From a virus (Duplodnaviria > Caudoviricetes), in the IMG/VR virus record IMGVR_UViG_3300031857_019453, positions 1-25,466 of that record: a stretch of DNA of 25,466 bases; one strand, 5' to 3'. Shown here in pieces: positions 1 through 6,257 of the stretch. Both the position numbers and the translations under genes were made by a program. How positions within the stretch are numbered: position 1 is the first letter of the stretch; each line of letters opens with the position of its first letter. The notes beneath the pieces are model-generated. The model had not been told where the DNA came from. It was given only the letters and a program-made list of their open reading frames with translations, and ran no database searches.

Positions 1-75
1 GTGCCCACTCTTGGAATCGAACCAAGCACCCCCGCCTTATCAAGACGATGCTCTAACCGAATGAGCTAAGTGGGC
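1..75 (-). tRNA. tRNA-Ile(GAT), 3' end cut by the window edge
   Basis: Reverse complement folds as a cloverleaf: acceptor GCCCACT/AGTGGGC, anticodon arm TCGTC-TTGATAA-GGCGG, T-loop TTCGATT. Confidence 0.95.
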
Positions 76-135
76 AAGTATGATATAATCTACCAAGCAT
101 GTTGTGCTTGTATCACAGTTAGTTATATCATTAAA

Positions 136-211
136 TGGTACACCCAAGGGAATTCGAATCCCTGTTACCGCCGTGAAAGGGCGGGGTCCTAGGCCACTAG
201 ACGATGGGTGC
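136..211 (-). tRNA. tRNA-Glu(TTC)
   Basis: Acceptor GCACCCA/TGGGTGT, anticodon arm CCGCC-CTTTCAC-GGCGG, T-loop TTCGAAT, encoded CCA. Confidence 0.96.
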
Positions 212-220
212 ATAAAACTT

Positions 221-237
221 AAATTGTTAAAGAATCA
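221..237 (-). promoter_or_regulatory. boxA-like (rrn-type) antitermination element
   Basis: Minus strand reads TGATTCTTTAACAATTT, close to the E. coli rrn leader boxA TGCTCTTTAACAATTT. It sits between a promoter and tRNA-Glu. Confidence 0.6.
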
Positions 238-249
238 AAATATTCAGAC

Positions 250-278
250 ATCTTATCTCGTTTTGGATTTAATGTCAA
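250..278 (-). promoter_or_regulatory. sigma70-type promoter upstream of tRNA-Glu
   Basis: TTGACA (278-273), 17-nt spacer, TAAGAT (255-250). Confidence 0.75.
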
Positions 279-287
279 GTTGTTGTT

Positions 288-363
288 TGGTGGAGGTAAA
301 CGGGATCGAACCGATGACCTTTAGCTTGCAAAGCTACTGCTCTCCCAGCTGAGCTATACCCCC
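288..363 (-). tRNA. tRNA-Ala(TGC)
   Basis: Acceptor GGGGGTA/TACCTCC with the G3:U70 alanine identity pair, anticodon loop TTTGCAA, encoded CCA. Confidence 0.96.
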
Positions 364-372
364 ATTTTACTC

Positions 373-449
373 TGGCCTGCCCGAGACGATTCGAACGTCC
401 GACCCACAGCTTAGAAGGCTGTTGCTCTATCCAACTGAGCTACGGGCAG
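373..449 (-). tRNA. tRNA-Arg(TCT)
   Basis: Acceptor CTGCCCG/CGGGCAG, anticodon arm ACAGC-CTTCTAA-GCTGT, encoded CCA. Confidence 0.96.
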
Positions 450-462
450 ATATTAAAAGCAG

Positions 463-491
463 AGTATATCTCAACTCTGAATTAATGTCAA
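463..491 (-). promoter_or_regulatory. sigma70-type promoter upstream of tRNA-Arg
   Basis: TTGACA (491-486), 17-nt spacer, TATACT (468-463). Confidence 0.8.
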
Positions 492-492
492 C

Positions 493-1053
493 CTAAGACT
501 GTAGGATCCTGCTATGTTTGGGCACGCCACTAATCAAATATTCCATTTGATCTGCAAGAATGTTTCTATTTTGCAAAATCATACTTTCAAAGTGATTAGG
601 TTCGTAAGGCACATAAAGTAATTCCATTCTTGCTTCTTTAAGTGTCTTATTGTCTTTTTTGTTATTACATGCTGTACATGCAGTTACTACATTCATCCAT
701 GTATTAACACCACCTTTACTCTTAGGCACGATATGGTCACGACTAAGGTGGTGATAGTTTGGAAAATGCCCACCGCAGTATGCGCAAACATGTCGGTCAC
801 GTCCAAACAATGTTTTGTTTGTCAGTGCGACTTTGCCATGTTTAGCTGGATCAAATCCATGTCCTTTAATTGCAATGATACTAGGAGTTTCGATGTAACT
901 CAAACGACCGTCATTTTGAATTCCACCACGAAACTTTGCAACGACTTCACCTAGCGACCATGCAACCATATCTTTCGCATGATATGTAATTGCATTTTCG
1001 TGCGAAATCCATTGTCTAGGGATTCCACCGATGTCCAACGCTAGTACTGACAT
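493..1053 (-). CDS. HNH endonuclease (McrA-like, zinc-binding)
   Basis: RDRHVCAYCG...SRDHIVPKSKGG...N.VTACTACNNKK gives two CxxC pairs around the DH...N...N HNH core. Shine-Dalgarno AAGGAGAG precedes the ATG. Confidence 0.9.
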   Translation of the reverse strand: MSVLALDIGGIPRQWISHENAITYHAKDMVAWSLGEVVAKFRGGIQNDGRLSYIETPSIIAIKGHGFDPAKHGKVALTNKTLFGRDRHVCAYCGGHFPNYHHLSRDHIVPKSKGGVNTWMNVVTACTACNNKKDNKTLKEARMELLYVPYEPNHFESMILQNRNILADQMEYLISGVPKHSRILQS

Positions 1054-1156
1054 GATTCTCTCCTTTTAAGTTAAATGTATTTAGACACTCTAATATATAG
1101 TACTCAATCTCTTTGCAGTCAGGGTGCAACGATGGTTCCACTTTATATTAAAATGT

Positions 1157-1320
1157 ATGGTAAAGCAAACTGATCCTATGTCATCGGTCATAGGGTTACA
1201 CATGTTCATCAATTTGCTTTATCATTCCCGTTTTACTCTGCTGTTACCGCCAGCACTTTCATCAGGGGCTCCGCCCGTTCATAGCATGTTTAAAGTGCGC
1301 TATTGAGACCTCGTTTCTCT
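1157..1320 (-). ncRNA. putative structured non-coding RNA, family not recognised
   Basis: Multiple helices and a possible pseudoknot: ATAGC/GCTAT, GCACTTT/AAAGTGC, GGGC/GCCC, TGCTG/CAGCA, and a ~17-bp interrupted stem with inner CCTATG/CATAGG. Lies just downstream of a promoter at 1341-1370. Confidence 0.5.
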
Positions 1321-1335
1321 ACACACTTAAACGTA

Positions 1336-1488
1336 TCAAGATTCTAACACGTTATCGTCTTTATTGTCAACCGTTTTTATATAACCATATTGCTGTCGCA
1401 ATCTTTCAAATTTTTCTCTTATCAATTTGTCAAGTTGTTCATCTGATAATATATGGTCGTTGACAAAGTTATCATTTTGATAATTCAT
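1336..1488 (-). CDS. small hypothetical protein, 50 aa (not in ORF track): MNYQNDNFVNDHILSDEQLDKLIREKFERLRQQYGYIKTVDNKDDNVLES
   Basis: ATG at 1488 with GGAG Shine-Dalgarno (1500-1497), TGA at 1338-1336. First ORF after the attenuator terminator. Confidence 0.65.
   Translation of the reverse strand: MNYQNDNFVNDHILSDEQLDKLIREKFERLRQQYGYIKTVDNKDDNVLES
1341..1370 (-). promoter_or_regulatory. sigma70-type promoter with extended -10
   Basis: TTGACA (1370-1365), 18-nt spacer, TGn-TAGAAT (1346-1341). Confidence 0.7.
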
Positions 1489-1504
1489 TTGTTGTTCTCC
1501 ATAT

Positions 1505-1541
1505 AACAAAAAACCCTGGGACTTTTTTAGTACCAGGGTTT
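1505..1541 (-). terminator. Rho-independent terminator (attenuator terminator)
   Basis: AAACCCTGG-T-ACT / AGT-C-CCAGGGTTT stem running into a TTTTTTGTT tract. Confidence 0.85.
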
Positions 1542-1562
1542 AGATAATCATACTACACGCTA

Positions 1563-1691
1563 CTATTTACCTAAACCCCCCAAGCCCTCAATAATATTAC
1601 GGTCACTTGTTAAGGCATAAAACCCTACAGGTAGCCACCCCATTAGTGATGGCTGCTTTTTGGTTGTATGTATACAAGTAAAGTTAGTCAT
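1563..1691 (-). CDS. putative attenuator leader peptide, 42 aa (not in ORF track): MTNFTCIHTTKKQPSLMGWLPVGFYALTSDRNIIEGLGGLGK
   Basis: ATG 1691 to TAG 1565-1563, followed by a second TAG. It lies between a consensus promoter and a terminator, and its last codons form the 5' arm of a competing antiterminator helix. Confidence 0.65.
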   Translation of the reverse strand: MTNFTCIHTTKKQPSLMGWLPVGFYALTSDRNIIEGLGGLGK

Positions 1692-1720
1692 AGTAATTTT
1701 ATTTAGTCCTTATGCAAAAT

Positions 1721-1749
1721 ATTATACTTTTTCTAGTAATAAATGTCAA
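1721..1749 (-). promoter_or_regulatory. perfect-consensus sigma70 promoter
   Basis: TTGACA (1749-1744), 17-nt spacer, TATAAT (1726-1721). Confidence 0.9.
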
Positions 1750-1751
1750 TT

Positions 1752-2252
1752 TTAAATTTGCCCACTTATTTGTTTCAGTCCCGATAACATCCTTGAGACT
1801 GAACTCACTATGTCTAGGTCATCCTCAGATATAAACTGTATTGTATCTTTATCATCAACAATACACAATACCCTTGTTAACCTTTCTGTTGATAATTCTA
1901 ATCCTAACTTATCTGCCAAACTATTTTGTTGATGTGGATTATCCGTAAAAATATATAAGCTAGGAGTACCAACTTTTTCATTGATGGCTTTCCAAGCATT
2001 TTCAGAAAACAATTTATCCGTAGACCCTATCATTAATATCACACCATTTACAGCCAGTTGTTGTGAAATACTATGGAATCCTACTAATTCAGCAGGATGT
2101 ACATAAGTAAAGTTATTTGGATAAAATACAAATATTTTCCAAGAACCCTCAAAGGTTTTTTCGGTAACAAGTTTTCTACCGTTAAAGTTTGATTCGTTTG
2201 GTTTTATGCAATTGATAGCATAAGAACCTACTATGTCGCCTATGTTTTTCAT
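1752..2252 (-). CDS. AhpC/peroxiredoxin-like protein lacking the peroxidatic Cys
   Basis: Aligns by eye with the neighbouring AhpC (TFEGSWKIFVFYPNNFTYVHPAELV vs SFEGKWKVIVYYPKDFTFVCPTEIV; GSTD; R..CIVD), but has His in place of Cys. Confidence 0.75.
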   Translation of the reverse strand: MKNIGDIVGSYAINCIKPNESNFNGRKLVTEKTFEGSWKIFVFYPNNFTYVHPAELVGFHSISQQLAVNGVILMIGSTDKLFSENAWKAINEKVGTPSLYIFTDNPHQQNSLADKLGLELSTERLTRVLCIVDDKDTIQFISEDDLDIVSSVSRMLSGLKQISGQI

Positions 2253-2260
2253 ACAAGTAT

Positions 2261-2779
2261 TTAGTTACTTAATACTCTTGATACTGATGTTATAACTGCC
2301 GCTATTCGTCCAATATCTCGTAACTGTTCTACTGTGTATCCTTCTTTTTTAAGTGTTTCATAATGTGCCTTAACACAAAAATGACACTTGCCTACGATAC
2401 TTGCTGCTAAACTATATGCTTCAAATCTTGCTTTGGTTGTACCACCGTGACTTGTAATTGCATTCATACGCAATTGCGCTGGCAATCCTTTAAGGTTTTC
2501 GTCATCAGCCATTTCAACAAATGGATACCATACGTTGTTTTGTGCCATAATGCTTGCTGCTGTTAATGCTGCATCAGCCTCAGTACGGTTATCTAATTGG
2601 CTATGAAGCCATGTCCAAAATTTACTGTTGCCTGTTGCAAATGCTGCTGCAACTGCTACTGCTTCTGCTTCTTCGGCAGGTAATGTACTACGCTTAATTA
2701 CTGCATCTAAATTTAGTTTTGTATCCTTAGCGTAATCAGGGATACTTACTTCTTTCAATGTGTCTACCCATACTGTCAT
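2261..2779 (-). CDS. ahpD: alkyl hydroperoxide reductase AhpD (CMD family)
   Basis: IPDYAKDTKLNL N-terminus, MAQNNVWY, FEAYSLAASIVGKCHFCVKAH (CxxC-xxx-H motif); close to ahpC. Confidence 0.92.
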   Translation of the reverse strand: MTVWVDTLKEVSIPDYAKDTKLNLDAVIKRSTLPAEEAEAVAVAAAFATGNSKFWTWLHSQLDNRTEADAALTAASIMAQNNVWYPFVEMADDENLKGLPAQLRMNAITSHGGTTKARFEAYSLAASIVGKCHFCVKAHYETLKKEGYTVEQLRDIGRIAAVITSVSRVLSN

Positions 2780-3171
2780 TTTGTTAATGCTCCTAGTTGT
2801 CTATATCCTTTGTATGTAGGATGAACCTTATCAGGAGATAGTTCAGGAATAATAACAAAAGTATCACCGTAATGCCTGGCAATCTTTTTTACTATCTCTT
2901 GTTTTTCTGGTTTGATAGCAGGAACAATCCAAAATACACGATCAGAATTAACAAAACTTCTTAATGCTACTAATTCTATTTCGGTATTTAAGTTTTTAAA
3001 ATCATTACTGCCTAAACTAATAATTGTAGTTTTGGCTGGCTTAACTTTTTTAACATATGCATCGTTCCAATCTTTGCTATTAATACCGCTTTGAGCATAA
3101 GCCACACACTCAGTACGTACTTGGCTTACACCCTTAGCTATACTATCTCCTAAGATAAGGCACTCTATCAT
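2776..3171 (-). CDS. minimal SGNH/GDSL hydrolase
   Basis: Blocks LGDSIA (I), SG (II), LGSND (III) and DKVHP (V). Confidence 0.8.
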   Translation of the reverse strand: MIECLILGDSIAKGVSQVRTECVAYAQSGINSKDWNDAYVKKVKPAKTTIISLGSNDFKNLNTEIELVALRSFVNSDRVFWIVPAIKPEKQEIVKKIARHYGDTFVIIPELSPDKVHPTYKGYRQLGALTK

Positions 3172-3704
3172 TATAGTGTCTCGCCACCAACTGAACGATT
3201 ACATGCACATAGTTCACCTGTTTGTAGTGCATCTAGTACACGCAATGTTTCTTCTGGGCTACGACCAACATTTAGATTGTTAACTGTAACATGTTGAATT
3301 ACATTGTCTGGATCAACGATAAATGTTGCGCGGAGTGCTGCACCAGCTGGCGCAAAGAAAATGCCAAGCTGATTGATTAAGCTTAGTTCACCGCGTTGTG
3401 TATCTGCAAATTGTACATGCGTAATCTTTGCTAGATCAGGGTGTGCTTTTTGCCATGCTAATTTACAGAATTCATTGTCTGTTGAACCTGTCAATAATAC
3501 TGCATCACGGTCTTTGAAATCATTTGCCAACTTATCGTATGCTACGATTTCTGTTGGACAAACAAATGTGAAATCTTTTGGGTAGTAAACGATAACTTTC
3601 CATTTACCTTCAAAACTTGTGTCAGTAATGTCAAAAAACTGATCACTACCTGGGTTGACGCCTGTTACGGCAAATTTTTCAATGGTATCACCAACTGTTT
3701 TCAT
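3171..3704 (-). CDS. ahpC: peroxiredoxin AhpC (AhpD-coupled type)
   Basis: YPKDFTFVCPTE active site and C-terminal TGELCACN. Start moved to ATG 3704 (MKTVGD), which has an AAGGAG Shine-Dalgarno. Confidence 0.95.
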   Translation of the reverse strand: MKTVGDTIEKFAVTGVNPGSDQFFDITDTSFEGKWKVIVYYPKDFTFVCPTEIVAYDKLANDFKDRDAVLLTGSTDNEFCKLAWQKAHPDLAKITHVQFADTQRGELSLINQLGIFFAPAGAALRATFIVDPDNVIQHVTVNNLNVGRSPEETLRVLDALQTGELCACNRSVGGETL

Positions 3705-3812
3705 TTGTGTCTCCTTATGTGTGAATGAAATTATAATAAATGACATATTATAATCTAGTTATTTAGCTTTTGTAAATTGTTTGGGTAAAATAGTCTACAT
3801 GTAAATAGTGTT

Positions 3813-4724
3813 ATGAATACTTTTGCGTTGAATCCCAATGTCTATGATGTAGTATTCCTAAGTTATGATGAACCAAACGCTGAAGAAAATTATCAGCATT
3901 TACTATCTATACGACCCAAAGCAAAAAGAGTACATGGAGTGAAAGGCAGTGATGCTGCACATAAAGCTTGTGCAGAATTAGCCAAAACGGATAGGGTAAT
4001 CATTATCGATGGTGACAATCATGTATTATCTAGTTTATGGAGATTTAATATTTGGACTAAGCCACACTTTGATTGGACTGATTATGTATTCAGTTGGAGC
4101 AGTCTAAATATCGTTAACCATAATTGTTACGGCAACGGTGGTGTAAAATGTTGGCCTGTACATCTACTGAAAGAAATGCGTACACATGAAGTTGGAGATA
4201 GCGTTGATTTTGAGCTAGATAAATATCTTGAATTAAATGCAATTGCAAGTCACACAGTTATAAATCATAGTCCACTACAAGCATTTCGTGCAGGATTTAG
4301 AGATGGTATGAAGTTATTAGATAGCGGTAATAAAGATTTTGATAAGATAGATTGGAGAAATCTTTATAGACTTTATAATTGGATGCATGTTGGTAGTGAT
4401 ACTAAGAATGGTATTTGGTCGATTTATGGTGCAAGATTAGGAGCATTTTTATTATTGCGTGGACATGACATTAAAGTATTAAATGATTTTGAACAGCTTG
4501 ATGAAATATTTAATCAGTATTTTGGATTAGTAAACAGCAATATAGTAGAAGAATGTAATAAGCTTGGTAAACTACTAAACTACAAATTAATCACTGATAT
4601 ATTAAGCCCAGAAGAAAGCACACAATTTAAATTAAATTATAAAGCACCTATACGTAGTGCAGAAGAATTTTTAGCAGGAAAGAGACAAGAAGATATTGAC
4701 AGATTTTATGAACGTCCCGTTTGA
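3813..4724 (+). CDS. glycosyltransferase-A-fold-like protein
   Basis: DVVFLSYDEPNA N-terminal strand, AHKACAE helix, IIIDGDN DxD motif. Confidence 0.6.
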   Translation: MNTFALNPNVYDVVFLSYDEPNAEENYQHLLSIRPKAKRVHGVKGSDAAHKACAELAKTDRVIIIDGDNHVLSSLWRFNIWTKPHFDWTDYVFSWSSLNIVNHNCYGNGGVKCWPVHLLKEMRTHEVGDSVDFELDKYLELNAIASHTVINHSPLQAFRAGFRDGMKLLDSGNKDFDKIDWRNLYRLYNWMHVGSDTKNGIWSIYGARLGAFLLLRGHDIKVLNDFEQLDEIFNQYFGLVNSNIVEECNKLGKLLNYKLITDILSPEESTQFKLNYKAPIRSAEEFLAGKRQEDIDRFYERPV

Positions 4725-5679
4725 AAAAATAGTTAAGTTCGGGCAGCAAACAATGCTAGAGTATCCGCTTTTTTCTGTGAGTTGGATACTTGGTCGATTT
4801 TGCAATTATAAATGTAGTTATTGTTGGCCATATGCAAATTCAAGCACTCCCGACTATCAATCATTAGAAGTTTACAAAAACACAATTAATCAAATTAAAA
4901 CTCAAGCAAGACAAAACAACTTCACTAATTTTCATTGGTCATTTAGTGGCGGAGAACCTACTGCTTACAAACACTTAACTGAATTAATAAAGTGTCTAGA
5001 AGATGGTATAACTCCCTATCAAAGTATTCATATGACTACAAACTTAAGCCCAAGTAAAAAATGGTGGAGTAAATGGGCAACAGCAGGTGAATTATTACAA
5101 AGAAAATCAATAACAGCAAGTTTTCATCATGAGTTTAGCAATGAGGATGAATTTGCAGAGAAGTGCCTACATTTGATGGCAGAAAATGTTTATGTAACTA
5201 TCAATCAAGTTATGGTTCCAAATGAATTTTATCAATTATATGAAAGATGTCAACGATTTGCAGACAAAGGAATAAACGTAACACTAAAACCACAAAGTAA
5301 TGAAAGTGCTAGTGCAATAGTAGATGGTTACACTAGTGAAATGATTGATATCATGCAAAATGGTTTTCCGCAACAAGTGAATGAACAAAACATATATCAA
5401 ATACGATTGTATGATTCTAATAATATTGCATATAATTTTGATCAAGCCGAAAGATTTAATGCTTTCGGCTTTAACCAATTTACCAATTGGACTTGTAATA
5501 GCGGCTATCAAAGTGTTATAATAAGAGGCGATGAAGTAAAGCGAGGCTACAGTTGTAGCGATTTTAGATTAGGAACTCTTGATAAAGGGTTCAGTTTATT
5601 TGGCAACGCAATGCCTTGTATAACCCAACGATGTGTAAGTAGTGCAGACAGTAAAATACCAAAATGCAAATTAACTTAG
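4708..5679 (+). CDS. radical SAM protein with C-terminal twitch-like domain
   Basis: CNYKCSYC, SGGEPT, C-terminal C.SG...C...C...C. Start probably ATG 4708 rather than TTG 4696. Confidence 0.9.
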   Translation: MNVPFEKIVKFGQQTMLEYPLFSVSWILGRFCNYKCSYCWPYANSSTPDYQSLEVYKNTINQIKTQARQNNFTNFHWSFSGGEPTAYKHLTELIKCLEDGITPYQSIHMTTNLSPSKKWWSKWATAGELLQRKSITASFHHEFSNEDEFAEKCLHLMAENVYVTINQVMVPNEFYQLYERCQRFADKGINVTLKPQSNESASAIVDGYTSEMIDIMQNGFPQQVNEQNIYQIRLYDSNNIAYNFDQAERFNAFGFNQFTNWTCNSGYQSVIIRGDEVKRGYSCSDFRLGTLDKGFSLFGNAMPCITQRCVSSADSKIPKCKLT

Positions 5680-6257
5680 AACATATAATGTTTTGGATGG
5701 ATGCTATTCGTAATAGCGAAGATCCTAAACGCACATTAGAAAGTTTTTGGAAGGGTCAAATTAAAAGCAAAGAATGGCTAATAAAAGAATTAGGTGTGTT
5801 TGTAGGTAAGCCAGTCACTATAGATATATTTGGTGGTTGGAACGGTGTATTGGCTAGTATGCTTTTTCACGCAGCATATCCTGTAAAGTCAATTCGTAGC
5901 ATAGATATAGATCCTAAATGTGAAGAAATTGCAAACACAATGAATAAAATTGAACACACAGCAGGAAGATTTCATGCAGTTACAGCCGATATGTGTAATC
6001 TACGCAGTGATGCTGATGTTGCAATTAACACTAGTTGCGAACATATAACACAGGACCAATATGAACAATGGTTAACTTGTTTGCACTATAACAGTTTGAT
6101 TGTATTACAAAGTAATAATTACAATATACATGAGCATATAAGAACTGCTGATAGTATTGAAGAATTTATGGAGCAAAGTAAATTAAAAATTTTACACTCT
6201 AGTGTATTAAGTTTACCATTATATGACAGATATATGATTATTGGAAAACATAAATGA
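5664..6257 (+). CDS. class I SAM-dependent methyltransferase-like protein
   Basis: DIFGGWNG motif I, SIDID, ADM, INTSCEH Rossmann-fold pattern. Confidence 0.75.
   Translation: MQINLEHIMFWMDAIRNSEDPKRTLESFWKGQIKSKEWLIKELGVFVGKPVTIDIFGGWNGVLASMLFHAAYPVKSIRSIDIDPKCEEIANTMNKIEHTAGRFHAVTADMCNLRSDADVAINTSCEHITQDQYEQWLTCLHYNSLIVLQSNNYNIHEHIRTADSIEEFMEQSKLKILHSSVLSLPLYDRYMIIGKHK

Noticed and set aside
104-352. 82-aa + strand ORF
   Set aside because: Antisense to tRNA-Glu and tRNA-Ala; a shadow ORF.
1239-1300. SAM-I riboswitch or HDV-like/theta ribozyme
   Set aside because: GGG...GCCC..GATGAA resembles SAM-I P2, but the AUC/GCAAC core is absent. The pseudoknot lacks the P3/L3 element of HDV-like ribozymes.
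1124-1306. 60-aa + strand ORF
   Set aside because: Opposes the local transcription direction, lacks a clear RBS and overlies the structured RNA.
1226-1320. Hammerhead ribozyme (CTGATGA and GAAAC...GTC are present on the minus strand)
   Set aside because: Stems I and II cannot be formed around the core in the required register.
493-1320. IscB/HEARO (OMEGA) system
   Set aside because: The 186-aa protein has no PLMP domain or recognisable complete split RuvC, and no IS200/605 ends are seen.
1563-1691. RiPP precursor peptide for the radical SAM cluster
   Set aside because: It is in a separate transcription unit, no RRE or peptidase gene is nearby, and its overlap with the antiterminator explains it better. 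Not strictly excluded.
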